Source: a virus (taxonomy: Duplodnaviria > Caudoviricetes). From it: 59,762 nt of DNA. The position numbers and the translations under genes were made by a program. This document shows, piece by piece, positions 17,346-27,557 of this stretch; the first letter of the stretch is position 1; each line of letters opens with the position of its first letter. The DNA is taken from positions 1 through 59,762 of IMG/VR virus record IMGVR_UViG_3300037549_000080. One strand, 5' to 3'. The notes below the pieces were generated by a model. That model did not search any database. It had not been told where the DNA came from and was given only the letters and a program-made list of their open reading frames with translations.

Positions 17346-20300
17346 TTGCCGCCCCCAAGCGTCAGGGCGTAATAATACGGGTTGAATCGGCAGTTTTTCG
17401 GGATGCTTTCAAGTTCGTTCGTGTATAAAACCCAATACTCATAGGCTGGAAACGATGTTCCTGCGTATGACGGAAGGTGGTAGTCATTCGATGTAAGCCC
17501 CGGATTCGGTGGCTGCACCATAGTTGGCCATGTCAGCGCGGTGCCGAAGCAATCAGTCGGCAACGGTGGCGCTCCTCCAGGCGGCGCAGCAATAGCTTCC
17601 ATGCGCGGGCGAGGAGCGAAGTATAGCGTGAATGGCGATATGGCGTCTTGATCCACCTTGCAATTACCCATTCCGTCGAGCGTTCCATCATCCTCGGTAC
17701 AGTTAAAAACATTGCCGCCGGTGGCTGGTGGGCAGGCTGGTGTTTGGTAGAGCAAATCCGGCAGGTCAAATTCAACATTTGCCTGAACGCGGGAGCCGCT
17801 CACTCCGTCTGCTGTGAACGATTGCAATCCGCCGGCCCCAAACCAATGATTTTGTCCAGTCGCCACCGAGGCCGTTCCGCCCATGCCATCCGGCACGGTC
17901 ATGTTCGGCCAGCTTTCACCGTTCGGGGTGAATGCGATCACTTGCGGGTAGCAGGGTGACATTGGCAGGCAGCCCGCTTGCGCGCCATTGAAAAATAAGG
18001 ACGTGGTCCAGGTGATTCCATTGTCATTGACGGTTCCACCGGCAGTTGTCGGCCAAGATGGGGCAGACCCGCCAGACGTTCCCGCGCCGCCAGCGGTTTG
18101 ATAATTCCCATTACTGTCTTTCACGACTGACCCAGCAGCATAGGCTGTGCTGGCAGCCCAATTGGCATATCGGTTCTGATTATTCCATGAGCCGTAGCGC
18201 AGATCGAACTTCTGGGCGGCGTCATACCAGTACCATGCCGGCGCAGCCGAGCCGGATACTGGTGTGGCGGGATTCGTCGCCCAAACCGATGCGGTAAATG
18301 ACGACGATGCGGTAGTTGTGTGAAAATCTCTGTCCACGTTCGGCGCGAGTTTGATCAGCGTGAACACCGCCGTCCCGGCCGTGGTAGTGCCGAGTAACGA
18401 AGTTGACCACGCTGGCGTCAAAACGGTTGTGCCGCCAGTGGTGCAAAGCTGCCCGTTGGTTCCGTCGAAAACGCAGTCGCCGGCGGTATAGGTGTGGCTA
18501 TGCTGGAATAGGTCAAATCGTTTTATGGTCTGGTTGGACTGAACCACCGTCATTGAGGAATTATTAGTATCCAGAATGTCGCCGCTCCATAGTCCAGTCT
18601 GCGAGGATGCAAAGCTGATAATCGTGCCCGTGATACCATCGCTTGCAAAGGTGATTGCCTGCCGGCTACAAATCGGCCACGCGGCCGGGAAACGAAGTAT
18701 GCCACAAATGCCAGTGTAGTACGGCGTCACGGCTGGCGAGGTGACAAAAGGATGAGTGTAACCGGTTGGCAACTGAGCCACTTTAGTCGTGAGCGTTAGC
18801 GTGGTTATTCCCGCCACCGTTGCTTGCGTGCAGCCTGTCCAGATCCCATCCGAGCCGGTTGAGCCGTAAATTAGAATCCTCTGACCTGATAGCGTTGGCG
18901 ATGACGGCAGCGGGCTGGACATCGCTACGCTGACGCCAGCAACCTCGCCGGTCAGGTTTAAATACTTTGCGCTAGGCTCATCGATCAATGTTCGCCCATA
19001 CGCTCCACAAGACCCGAAGAAGTTATATGAAGGCACCGGCAGCCTAGCGAACGCCGCCTTGATGAAGAAAATCGGGGCGGTTGACGGGTTTGGCACTCCC
19101 GAAATTGACATCTGCACCTGCCCCAAATCAATCATCGCGCCACGCGGGATGTTGTGCGCCCAATGATTATTCGTCCAGTGCGTCGCATTTTGAGGAAGGA
19201 TGTTGTCGTAATAAAGGCTTAGATCGCACAGCACATTGTCAGAAAGTGAGATTCTGGCTTCGGCCAGATTCGCACCGTAAGCAAAATTATACCCCAAAAA
19301 CAATGGAGAACAGGGCGGCGTTCCGGTCTGGTCGGTGGCGCAATATCGGATGTCCGTGTAGTAAAAATCAAACCAGCCGTTCGCGCCAGCCCCGTTCGGA
19401 TGCGGAGCACCGATGATGTTTCCATCCATCACCAACCGCAATCCGGCCGCCGCGTGACTGCTTGAATCGCCAGTTGTCCAGTACCAGACATAACATTTCG
19501 GGTCGAACCATGCCCTTTGCGTGTAGGTCGGAGTCCACCCACCAGAAAAAGGGGTGTTTCCATTGCTATCATTTATCGGCAGCGTCAAATCATTCACTGT
19601 GTTGCTGAACGATGCCGAGGTTGACGGGGTTATTGTGAAACTATCAATCGGGGTGACGTTGGTCTGAACTTCCCTGCGACATACCAGCGGCATAATGCTG
19701 GTGAACTGGTCATGTCGCCAAGGCTCCGGGCCGTTCAGGGGCCACTTTATCAGCAAATTATTTTCACCATCATCTTCATTGCTGGGTGTTCCCGCCGCAA
19801 TCGTGGCATAGTACGGGTCGGAGAGTGTGATTGTGCCAGAGCAATTTATCAGGTTGTAACTGTTTTTCACAATGTTAACGCTGAATGTATAAACCGTATC
19901 GGTTCTGCTCCATGAAACAGTAATTGTTGCCGACGATGGCGCGGCTGTGACGCTTTGGCTGGTGCAAAGGTTCTTCGTATAAGTAATTTGAGGTGTTGGC
20001 GGGATGAATACGCCAGCAGATGGGTCAAAATTCCAAGGGTCGCCACTGTTCCATGTATCCACAAGATTTTCCAGCGACCCATTAAATATACCATGCAGAT
20101 TTAGCTCAACTCCGTTGCAGTGCGGGGGAGTGGTTATGAGGCTAGAAAATGCTGTGGCTAAATCAACTGATTGGCCTGGAATGTAAAATGGCGGCTCTGC
20201 CGGAGGGCTGTAATGTGGAGTAGGTATATCCGCATAAACCTGATTCCCATTTGTGAATGCCAGCGAATCCGTTATCTCACCGGTGGTGTGATTTATAGTC

Positions 20301-20977
20301 CGCGCACCCGCTATTGTCCCTAGATAATTATAGGACTCAGAAATTCCCGCTCCTATTTTCCATTCGATGCTTACGGAGTATGTTACCGTTAGATACTTCA
20401 CCTGTGACGGCGTTGAAGCATAGGGCGTGCATCCATCGGTCGGCCACGTCCAAGGATACCAGCCATGCCATTGCTTCGCCGCCGCGTATTTCTTGAACCC
20501 GTAGGCGTGACACGCGCCCAAATCTTCGGTTGAACCGGCCGCGAATGTCTGGACAGTCAGCAGGTCATGCGCCGTGCCGTTGAATTGTTCGGGCGGCTGA
20601 TTGTCGATTGTTAGCCATGCATTATCCGGAAGGCCGGTGTCATTTATAAAAGCCGAGTTCCAATTCACCGTTCCTCCTGTCACAGGCCCACCGCCTTGGT
20701 GCGCGCAGCTAGGGCAACCAGAGCCAACCGCATCACCCAGCTTGGGTAGCGGAACTGGCGATAGCGTGGCATGGTAGGTGGTCACTACCTGCGACGACTT
20801 TTTGTGCATGAACGGGTAAATCCCCGAATCCAGCCCGTATTCATGCTGGCAACGCAAACGGAATGGCGCGGCGGTGTGATCTTGGCCGGCTACGAAGGGC
20901 GGTGTGCCGGTGTCCTCACAGGTACATGGCAAACACGAGCACTTGCACAAGCCGCGTATAACTTTGGTCGCGCTCAT
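17342..20977 (-). CDS. Large tail protein / adhesin with two carbohydrate-binding-like repeats
   Basis: 1211 aa; CKCSCLPCTC N-terminus; WAASTAYAAGSVV...GTSGGSAPSWPT...DNGITWT repeat plus a degenerate copy. Confidence 0.7.
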   Translation of the reverse strand: MSATKVIRGLCKCSCLPCTCEDTGTPPFVAGQDHTAAPFRLRCQHEYGLDSGIYPFMHKKSSQVVTTYHATLSPVPLPKLGDAVGSGCPSCAHQGGGPVTGGTVNWNSAFINDTGLPDNAWLTIDNQPPEQFNGTAHDLLTVQTFAAGSTEDLGACHAYGFKKYAAAKQWHGWYPWTWPTDGCTPYASTPSQVKYLTVTYSVSIEWKIGAGISESYNYLGTIAGARTINHTTGEITDSLAFTNGNQVYADIPTPHYSPPAEPPFYIPGQSVDLATAFSSLITTPPHCNGVELNLHGIFNGSLENLVDTWNSGDPWNFDPSAGVFIPPTPQITYTKNLCTSQSVTAAPSSATITVSWSRTDTVYTFSVNIVKNSYNLINCSGTITLSDPYYATIAAGTPSNEDDGENNLLIKWPLNGPEPWRHDQFTSIMPLVCRREVQTNVTPIDSFTITPSTSASFSNTVNDLTLPINDSNGNTPFSGGWTPTYTQRAWFDPKCYVWYWTTGDSSSHAAAGLRLVMDGNIIGAPHPNGAGANGWFDFYYTDIRYCATDQTGTPPCSPLFLGYNFAYGANLAEARISLSDNVLCDLSLYYDNILPQNATHWTNNHWAHNIPRGAMIDLGQVQMSISGVPNPSTAPIFFIKAAFARLPVPSYNFFGSCGAYGRTLIDEPSAKYLNLTGEVAGVSVAMSSPLPSSPTLSGQRILIYGSTGSDGIWTGCTQATVAGITTLTLTTKVAQLPTGYTHPFVTSPAVTPYYTGICGILRFPAAWPICSRQAITFASDGITGTIISFASSQTGLWSGDILDTNNSSMTVVQSNQTIKRFDLFQHSHTYTAGDCVFDGTNGQLCTTGGTTVLTPAWSTSLLGTTTAGTAVFTLIKLAPNVDRDFHTTTASSSFTASVWATNPATPVSGSAAPAWYWYDAAQKFDLRYGSWNNQNRYANWAASTAYAAGSVVKDSNGNYQTAGGAGTSGGSAPSWPTTAGGTVNDNGITWTTSLFFNGAQAGCLPMSPCYPQVIAFTPNGESWPNMTVPDGMGGTASVATGQNHWFGAGGLQSFTADGVSGSRVQANVEFDLPDLLYQTPACPPATGGNVFNCTEDDGTLDGMGNCKVDQDAISPFTLYFAPRPRMEAIAAPPGGAPPLPTDCFGTALTWPTMVQPPNPGLTSNDYHLPSYAGTSFPAYEYWVLYTNELESIPKNCRFNPYYYALTLGGGK

Positions 20978-20981
20978 GAAA

Positions 20982-21524
20982 TCAGCAAGCCACTTGACCC
21001 CAGTAAATCCAGAAAATGCCCGCCGTGTCCAAGTCGCCCATTACGCTTCCCGGTGAGCCTGTGGGTGTCCCGGTGGCTCCGGTGTAGGGAAAGGTCGGCA
21101 CATTGTAATGCACGCCGTCTGTGGTCGCTGGCACGTCCACGGCCGCCTGCCACATGCCTTCGCAGGCTTTCTGATTCGCCATGCTGGTCAGGTCGGTCAT
21201 TCCTGCGGTCACCAGTGTGTTGCCGCTGGTTATGTAAACGAATGTGAATTGCGCGACCAATAGCGTGGGGTCAATCTCTTTGTACGGAGCCTGCCACTGC
21301 CACCCGGCCGCACCGCCCGCGCCACCAAGAATTCTCCTGCGAATGGTGTCAACCTTTTTGCTCAGCAGCTGGATTGATTCCATGGCCGCCATTAACTGTT
21401 CACGCTGCGCCCGCGATGCCTTCCACGCCTGCCGTACATCGTCGCTGTCGCCACTTGGCCGCAGCCGGCTGCTTTCATGCACCGTTGGCACCCGGATAAG
21501 CTTATTGACAGTCAAGGTCGGCAT
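20982..21524 (-). CDS. Putative tail protein
   Basis: Synteny downstream of tape measure. Confidence 0.55.
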   Translation of the reverse strand: MPTLTVNKLIRVPTVHESSRLRPSGDSDDVRQAWKASRAQREQLMAAMESIQLLSKKVDTIRRRILGGAGGAAGWQWQAPYKEIDPTLLVAQFTFVYITSGNTLVTAGMTDLTSMANQKACEGMWQAAVDVPATTDGVHYNVPTFPYTGATGTPTGSPGSVMGDLDTAGIFWIYWGQVAC

Positions 21525-21525
21525 A

Positions 21526-22824
21526 TTAGCCCAGAATCAGGTTTCGATAATTGCTCGGGCTGCTTGGGCGGTTGCCACGGCTGAAGATGTCAGCGTCCCA
21601 TGCACCCACCGGAGCGCCCAGCCAGCGCCGGGTCACTCGAAACCATGTGCGCTGGTATTCCAGCACATCCGCATCGCGCAGCCAGCTGATTCGGGTCCCG
21701 CCGCCGTAGTTACCTGTCGCGCTATACACCTGCGGATTGTAATAGCTCAAGCCGTCAAAGATTGTATCGCCAGTGGATGGCGGGTTGTCGGGACTGTAGA
21801 AGTAATCCGGTAAGCCGGGGCTGGCCTGATAAATAGGGTCTTCAATGTAGCCGCCGAGGTTCAGCAGCGGCGGCCGGAAATAGTATTCCGTCCAGGTCAA
21901 TTCCAGACCGCTCACCGGCGGCGTATCTTCCATGCGCCACAGTTTGCCAATCAACTCCTGAGCGGCCGCCAGCGCCATCGCCACGTGATTGTTCGGGTCA
22001 CTGCCGGGTGATGCATAGGACCAATAGTAAACCGGGTTCGCCGTGCAGCCCGGCGGTGCAGGACTGGCCGGCGGATAAGGCAGTGAACCGGCAAACAAGG
22101 TTCCAATCGCCGGGGCCGGGGTGGCCGGGCAGGCTGGATTATAGTTCGGATTGTTGATTGCGTACGGGAACTTGCCCGACACCAGATTCATCATGGTGTT
22201 GTCATGCAGCAGACCCACCATGCCGTTGATGTTCGCGCTGGTAGGGATGAACGGGTTTTCCCGGTACGCCTGAATCGCCCGGATAATGCACTGCTTCGCC
22301 GCAATCTGCGCGTTCGTGTCCGGGGCACCGGCCCAGCCCGGTATCTGATTGGTCGGCATCAGCGCGTAGAAGTACCGGGGATGCTTCAAAATATCCAGCC
22401 CCAGCTTCACCGGGTTGCATGAGAATTCATCCGGCGGAACATCAAATGAAATACTCTCGCTGGTGACCGTGAACAGAGCCCGGCCGCTTTTCTGCTTTTG
22501 AAGGCTGGCTGACAGCACCCGGTAATAGTTGCCGGCCGAATCTGACACCAGCGACCCACGGCCGTAAACACCCAGCATCGCCTTCCCGTTTTCGTAACTC
22601 ACCTTTTTCGTGTGATGGACGGTGCATTGCTCTGCCCGTTCAATGGTCGGGGAATCGTCGGCTTCCTCGGTGGTGATGTTACGTGTCGGCTGCTGGCCCG
22701 CCGGGCCGTTGTAAATGATTTGCTGCGGCAATGATGGCGTGCCCAGCCGGCCGCCCTGACCATCCTCCCAGTCAATGCCCATGGCCAGACCGGAAACCAG
22801 CGTGTTGTTCGGGACGTTGGGCAT
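21526..22824 (-). CDS. Putative tail tip/hub protein
   Basis: 432 aa, two genes after tape measure. Confidence 0.55.
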   Translation of the reverse strand: MPNVPNNTLVSGLAMGIDWEDGQGGRLGTPSLPQQIIYNGPAGQQPTRNITTEEADDSPTIERAEQCTVHHTKKVSYENGKAMLGVYGRGSLVSDSAGNYYRVLSASLQKQKSGRALFTVTSESISFDVPPDEFSCNPVKLGLDILKHPRYFYALMPTNQIPGWAGAPDTNAQIAAKQCIIRAIQAYRENPFIPTSANINGMVGLLHDNTMMNLVSGKFPYAINNPNYNPACPATPAPAIGTLFAGSLPYPPASPAPPGCTANPVYYWSYASPGSDPNNHVAMALAAAQELIGKLWRMEDTPPVSGLELTWTEYYFRPPLLNLGGYIEDPIYQASPGLPDYFYSPDNPPSTGDTIFDGLSYYNPQVYSATGNYGGGTRISWLRDADVLEYQRTWFRVTRRWLGAPVGAWDADIFSRGNRPSSPSNYRNLILG

Positions 22825-23366
22825 TAAATAATGATGGTCAAATGGACAACTTCCGTGATGGCTTCACCAACTGTTTCTGCGTCATCATAGACAAGGCATC
22901 GAATAAATTTCTGGCCGGCGGCCGAGCATTGCACCGTGAGCGTTTCAGTCTTGGCGCTTTCATCGCTGATTTCCTGCCACGTTTTTCCGTCCTGACTCTC
23001 CTGCCACTGGTACCCGATATTGTACTCACTGGACGCCTGCACCTTGAACGTCGCCCGGGTCGGCGCAATGGCCTCCACGGATTCCGGCTGCTTCATGATT
23101 TTAGGCGGCGACCAGGTCAGCCCCGGCTCCACCGCCATCGCCAGATTGATGACGTCCGCTATGCTCACCGCCACCGCAAGTTTCCCGCGTTTCACAAAAA
23201 CGAATTCGTCACTGATTTGAATTGACCGGTGCCAGTTTGGGTTTTCCACGGTGCCCGCGCCAATGCTCACCTGCCGCGCCGGCAGGCCGGGCGTGACTTC
23301 ACAAAGATAAAATTCCGGCAGCTTTACCGGCTGCGTTCCGTTTGGGGCTGTGGTCAGGCTTTTCAT
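22824..23366 (-). CDS. Ig-like domain protein
   Basis: PKIMKQPES...ATFKVQA...YQWQ...TLTV...RCLV pattern. Confidence 0.7.
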   Translation of the reverse strand: MKSLTTAPNGTQPVKLPEFYLCEVTPGLPARQVSIGAGTVENPNWHRSIQISDEFVFVKRGKLAVAVSIADVINLAMAVEPGLTWSPPKIMKQPESVEAIAPTRATFKVQASSEYNIGYQWQESQDGKTWQEISDESAKTETLTVQCSAAGQKFIRCLVYDDAETVGEAITEVVHLTIII

Positions 23367-23369
23367 AAA

Positions 23370-24875
23370 TTATGCTCCGCCCGGTAATCCGGCCGGCTGG
23401 CTGATGTTGAATTTGTTTCCCGCTGCCGTCAATCGTTCAATGGCCAGCAAGGTCGCCTCCACCCGCTTCAGCGTCTGGCTGCTCTCCTTGGCGTAGTTCG
23501 TGCCGCCGGCCGCACCAATGACCAAGCCCATGCGTTCCCACGCCGAGGCTGGCATCTGCTTCATGTACGCCTGCGCGGCTGGTGCCTGCACCTTCTTGAA
23601 CGGATTATTGTTCTCAAACTGTTTGGTGATGCCGTCCACGATGGCTTTTGAACCGTGGTAGAAATTCGCATCTTTGTTGATGATAGGCGTGATTCCAAGT
23701 TTTCCAGCACCCGGTATGAGGGCAATTAAGTTGTTCACCTTTACCATTATCCACGTCAGCGTGTCGGCCAATCCTTGGAACAACAGCGTAATGCCGCTGA
23801 CGGCCACCATGACCACTTTCATTGTAACCGCCAGTACTGAAAATGCGTCCGCCAGTTCCTTTGCGATACCGGGCAGCATGTCACTGTTTGAAATCGTTTC
23901 CACGAATAGTCGGATAGCGTCCTCGAGGTACACCAGCACCGGAGCAAATTCATTTGCAATCTCTGCCTCCACCGCTTTGAAGCTTTGTTCCAGTGCCGCC
24001 CCGGCCCAGCTGACAGCTGCCAGTGTCGGCGCCGTCTGAGCTAGGATCCGATTGCTGTTCTCGAACCGGTCGCCAATCCACGCGATGGCCGCTCCGAACT
24101 GGTAGATTTCATTCTGACTCACGCCCAGCGCCGAGGCCAGTGAGTTGCGGCTCTGGGTCATGCCGATGCCCATGCCGCTTTGAACTGATTGCGCGTACAA
24201 CCGTTTGCCGTTCTCGTACGCCTCTTTGAGCATCCTGGCAAACATGCGGAACGGAGCCAGCATGGCGTTGATGGTGCGCCCTATCATGTAGAACGAGGCC
24301 AGCACCTGCCCGAGCGGCAACACCGCCGCCCGCAACCCTCCTAACCGCTGAGCCAGCGTCTGCGCCTGTGCCCCAGCCACCTTGAACTGAGGCGCGGGCA
24401 CGGTGGCCGCTGGGTAGGCCAAGCCGCCGCCGTTCAGGTTCGGTGGCACTGTGGCCAGCCCGCCGCCTCCAATCGTGCGGGCGGCCCGTTGTATGCGAAG
24501 CTGGGCCGCTGCGGCGGACCGCGCTGCCGCTTCCGCCGGGTCGGTAAACTTCTGGCCCTGCTCCGCACCCATCCAAGACTGCACCCGGCTGGCCACTGTG
24601 GCCGCCTCGCGGGCCGCCCGCAACCGGTTGACATCCGCCTGCGCTGAGGCCAGCGCAGCCGCCTTGGCGAGCGCGGCCTGCTGCTTCAGCTGGTCATTGG
24701 TGGTCTTTACCGATTTGGTGAGCTTTTCCTGTGACGAGGCCGCCTTGTCGGTTTCCGCGGCCATGGCAGTAGTGCCGGCCGATTTGAAGGTGATGCCCAG
24801 TTCCTTGGCCGCCGCCCGCGCCTGCTTCATCGCGGCGTCGAGCTGCAGCTTCAGTTCTACGGATATTTGGGACAT
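23370..24875 (-). CDS. Tail tape measure protein (short, 501 aa)
   Basis: Ala-rich helical protein with hydrophobic stretches, follows the chaperone pair. Confidence 0.7.
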   Translation of the reverse strand: MSQISVELKLQLDAAMKQARAAAKELGITFKSAGTTAMAAETDKAASSQEKLTKSVKTTNDQLKQQAALAKAAALASAQADVNRLRAAREAATVASRVQSWMGAEQGQKFTDPAEAAARSAAAAQLRIQRAARTIGGGGLATVPPNLNGGGLAYPAATVPAPQFKVAGAQAQTLAQRLGGLRAAVLPLGQVLASFYMIGRTINAMLAPFRMFARMLKEAYENGKRLYAQSVQSGMGIGMTQSRNSLASALGVSQNEIYQFGAAIAWIGDRFENSNRILAQTAPTLAAVSWAGAALEQSFKAVEAEIANEFAPVLVYLEDAIRLFVETISNSDMLPGIAKELADAFSVLAVTMKVVMVAVSGITLLFQGLADTLTWIMVKVNNLIALIPGAGKLGITPIINKDANFYHGSKAIVDGITKQFENNNPFKKVQAPAAQAYMKQMPASAWERMGLVIGAAGGTNYAKESSQTLKRVEATLLAIERLTAAGNKFNISQPAGLPGGA

Positions 24876-24877
24876 GG

Positions 24878-25081
24878 TTATTTCAGGTTTTCAAGGCGCT
24901 TCTTTTCCTGCTGCACGTAGCCGCCTTTGTCGCCGGCAAACTCAAGCCCGGTGCCCCAGATGCGGGCCTCGCTCATGCGGGAAAAATTAAACCACACCCA
25001 GCCTTCTGCGCCATCCAGTTCGTCCAGACAGTAATCACGGCTCCATCCAAAAGTTTTCATCAGCAGCCCGGTCTTGTCCAC
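24878..25081 (-). CDS. Tail assembly chaperone, frameshift extension (lambda T-like)
   Basis: Frame stays open upstream to the C6 run at 25121-25126, -1 relative to the upstream gene. Confidence 0.6.
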   Translation of the reverse strand: MDKTGLLMKTFGWSRDYCLDELDGAEGWVWFNFSRMSEARIWGTGLEFAGDKGGYVQQEKKRLENLK

Positions 25082-25101
25082 CAGCCAGCCGAGGCCGTCA
25101 G

Positions 25102-25644
25102 CTACGGCTGGGACGAAGACGGGGGGCTTGCCTCATCGCCTCCCGGCGAGGGCGAAGGCTTTTCTTTGAGTTCCAAATGACCCTGCGCGTAAATCTCCAT
25201 CTGTTTCGCAATGGTGGTCAAGAAAGCTGCGATGGCAATCACCCCGTTGTCACCGAATTCGTCTTCCGCCAGTTCCTTCACGTGGTCAGCGCCTTTTTTG
25301 AATTCATCCTTGGCCGCCGCAATCGGCCGCGTGAGCAGCCAGCACAGCTGCCACGCCAGCGGGCCGCTCGGTTCAAAATTATAGCTGCCGTCAGCCATGG
25401 CCGTGAACCGGTTCAACGGGTGCCCCAGCTGCGATAGAAACATGAAATCACGGTCAACAAACCGGCGAACATTATATTTTCCAGCCTTGATGTCCGGAGC
25501 CGGGGCGAAGATGTCACGCAACGGGCCGGGCAACGCTGAGGTCAAGGCGGCCGAACCTTTCTGGTCATCAGCCGCCTGATTCGCCTGTGTCTCCGCAATC
25601 TTGGCCTGTACGGCCGGCGGAATGATAATGGGTGCATCAGCCAT
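25102..25644 (-). CDS. Tail assembly chaperone (lambda G-like)
   Basis: Position between putative tube and tape measure; slippery site near its end. Confidence 0.6.
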   Translation of the reverse strand: MADAPIIIPPAVQAKIAETQANQAADDQKGSAALTSALPGPLRDIFAPAPDIKAGKYNVRRFVDRDFMFLSQLGHPLNRFTAMADGSYNFEPSGPLAWQLCWLLTRPIAAAKDEFKKGADHVKELAEDEFGDNGVIAIAAFLTTIAKQMEIYAQGHLELKEKPSPSPGGDEASPPSSSQP

Positions 25645-25646
25645 GA

Positions 25647-26237
25647 TTACGCAATGAGTAGGAATTTCTCAACCGAGAGCGTGCGGCCAGCCGGCATCTT
25701 CGGAGCCGCTTCCCAACTGTGGTCCGCAATGATGCAGGAATACTGCGACCCGCGTGCGCCGCCGGGCACCAGCCCGGCGCCGTCCTGAATTACAAGGCGC
25801 TGGCCAACCGTCAGCGCGTTCGTGACCTGGTTGACGTCATCGCGCACATCCAACTCCCAGCGTGACCCGTCAATGCCCTGCACCTTGCCGGCGGTCAACC
25901 CGTCACCGTTCGGCAGGTTCTCATCATAGGCCATGATGGTTTTCTGGTTCACCTTGGTGATTGTCAACCAGCCGGTGATGTTGGCGAAATTGTTCGTGCC
26001 CCAGAGCAGGGTCGTGCCGGTGCCGTTAGCAATGTGCTGCCCGGTTGCCGCGTTCCCGCCGCCAGTCGGCCCGGTGGTCGGCCACCCCATTTGGTTCTGT
26101 TGTTCCAGCTGGTCAACGTAGCCCAGAAAGTTACGGCGCACGTAGGTTCGGGCGCAGTTAATCAGGAAGCTGACCCACAGGAAGCTGACCCACAGGAAGC
26201 TGACCCACAGGATGGTGGCTAATAAAGTTTGTTTCAT
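25647..26237 (-). CDS. Putative tail tube protein with hydrophobic N-terminal extension
   Basis: Synteny; start reassigned to MKQTLL (alternative MGWPTT at 26090). Confidence 0.5.
   Translation of the reverse strand: MKQTLLATILWVSFLWVSFLWVSFLINCARTYVRRNFLGYVDQLEQQNQMGWPTTGPTGGGNAATGQHIANGTGTTLLWGTNNFANITGWLTITKVNQKTIMAYDENLPNGDGLTAGKVQGIDGSRWELDVRDDVNQVTNALTVGQRLVIQDGAGLVPGGARGSQYSCIIADHSWEAAPKMPAGRTLSVEKFLLIA
26163..26212. repeat. 3.3 x 15-bp tandem repeat CAGGAAGCTGACCCA, encoding (LWVSF)3
   Basis: Direct reading. Confidence 0.9.
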
Positions 26238-26265
26238 GGCTTTGATGGTGGCGAGGTTGATGATG

Positions 26266-26490
26266 TTACGCAGCTTTGGGCTGCTCCAGAGGCTGGGCTG
26301 ACAGCGTGACCAGCGTGTTCCGCTCCGCCACCAGCTGCCGGTTATACTCATCGTACAAATCCGGATTGACATTCAACGCCTCAAATGAGGCTGCCTTGAA
26401 CTTGGAAAGCTCAAGGGAATTTTCTTTGAGTTGGATGGAGTTGGCGGCAGCCGCATGGGCAGCCATACGAAGGTCAGCTTTGTTTTTCAT
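26266..26490 (-). CDS. Hypothetical protein
   Basis: MKNKADL start just after the upstream stop. Confidence 0.6.
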   Translation of the reverse strand: MKNKADLRMAAHAAAANSIQLKENSLELSKFKAASFEALNVNPDLYDEYNRQLVAERNTLVTLSAQPLEQPKAA

Positions 26491-26491
26491 G

Positions 26492-26932
26492 TTAGGGTGA
26501 GTTGATGGTGTTGGTGACGTTGCCGGCGGCATTCGTGAACTGTGCCTGTACCCACGGCAGTGAATAGCAAAGCACCGACTGGGCGGGTATGTTGGTAGTG
26601 AAGGTTGACCCGTTGGTGTAGCCGGCGCTGGCCGGAAACGTAAGCGTCAACGTGTTCACAAAAATCGGGTTCGTGCTGCCGAACACCGCCACCCCGTATG
26701 ATAGGTTAGCTGTCTCATTGGTGACGATGCCGCTGAGCGTGAGCGGTTTCAAAGGCACATAGAAAGTCACGCTGTTTGATGGCACGCTGCCGCTGATGGG
26801 CAGCATGGCGTTGGTCGTGCCGGTCACAGTTATGCCGGTGCTGAATTGGGCATCAGCCGATAGCACAAAGGCAGTAACAATGCCGAAGGTGAGTAACGAA
26901 ACTTTGAGGAATTTCTTCAGGTTCTTTTTCAT
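26492..26932 (-). CDS. Signal-peptide, TN-rich beta protein in the morphogenesis module
   Basis: MKKNLKKFLKVSLLTFGIVTAFVLSADA/QF. Confidence 0.7.
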   Translation of the reverse strand: MKKNLKKFLKVSLLTFGIVTAFVLSADAQFSTGITVTGTTNAMLPISGSVPSNSVTFYVPLKPLTLSGIVTNETANLSYGVAVFGSTNPIFVNTLTLTFPASAGYTNGSTFTTNIPAQSVLCYSLPWVQAQFTNAAGNVTNTINSP

Positions 26933-26999
26933 AATGATGTCGTTTAACGGTTTCAATCTGTGTGGTCAATGGTTGGTTTGCAAATCTTTTTTTCCGTTT

Positions 27000-27557
27000 C
27001 TACCCGGTGGTGCCGTCCGCCAGAATCGCCGGGATGTCCGCCGCGCATTCAAATTCGATCAGCTTGCAATCCATGAACACGTTCGCAGTGGGTGACGGGC
27101 CTATCTGTGCCAGCGGCCGGATGCCCTTGTAATCCACGATGTCTTCCGTGGTGATGGCAGCCAGCACCCGGATGCCGTCCCGGATGGTTTCACAGCTGTC
27201 ACAAAAGTTTTCGTAGTAGCCGGGAGTGTTGAACTGCCCGGTGCTGTCCGCCGTGTTGTTCTTGAACCCGTGGCCGCGCATGACCACCACCGCGAACATG
27301 CGGTCAACCCGGTGCAGGTTGGTCTTTTCACCGCCGGCGTACTCACCCCGCGCCTTCTCACCCACGTACATCACGAAAATGCGCGGCTGCTCCGATACCA
27401 GCCCGCCATTGTAAATCTCTTCCCAAAGGTGCGATTCATTCTCCACGATTTTCACCTTGCCGTTGCGAGGCTTGGCGTACACCCAAAGCTGCGCCTCAAT
27501 TATCTTGAGAACCTCGCTGACCGTCATGCTGGGGTTGCCGCCGCCGGATATGCTCAT
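27000..27557 (-). CDS. Putative tail terminator / neck protein
   Basis: Synteny after virion morphogenesis gene; alpha/beta pattern. Confidence 0.5.
   Translation of the reverse strand: MSISGGGNPSMTVSEVLKIIEAQLWVYAKPRNGKVKIVENESHLWEEIYNGGLVSEQPRIFVMYVGEKARGEYAGGEKTNLHRVDRMFAVVVMRGHGFKNNTADSTGQFNTPGYYENFCDSCETIRDGIRVLAAITTEDIVDYKGIRPLAQIGPSPTANVFMDCKLIEFECAADIPAILADGTTG

Noticed and set aside
14046-20977. Diversity-generating retroelement targeting tail proteins
   Set aside because: No reverse transcriptase and no template/variable repeat pair noticed
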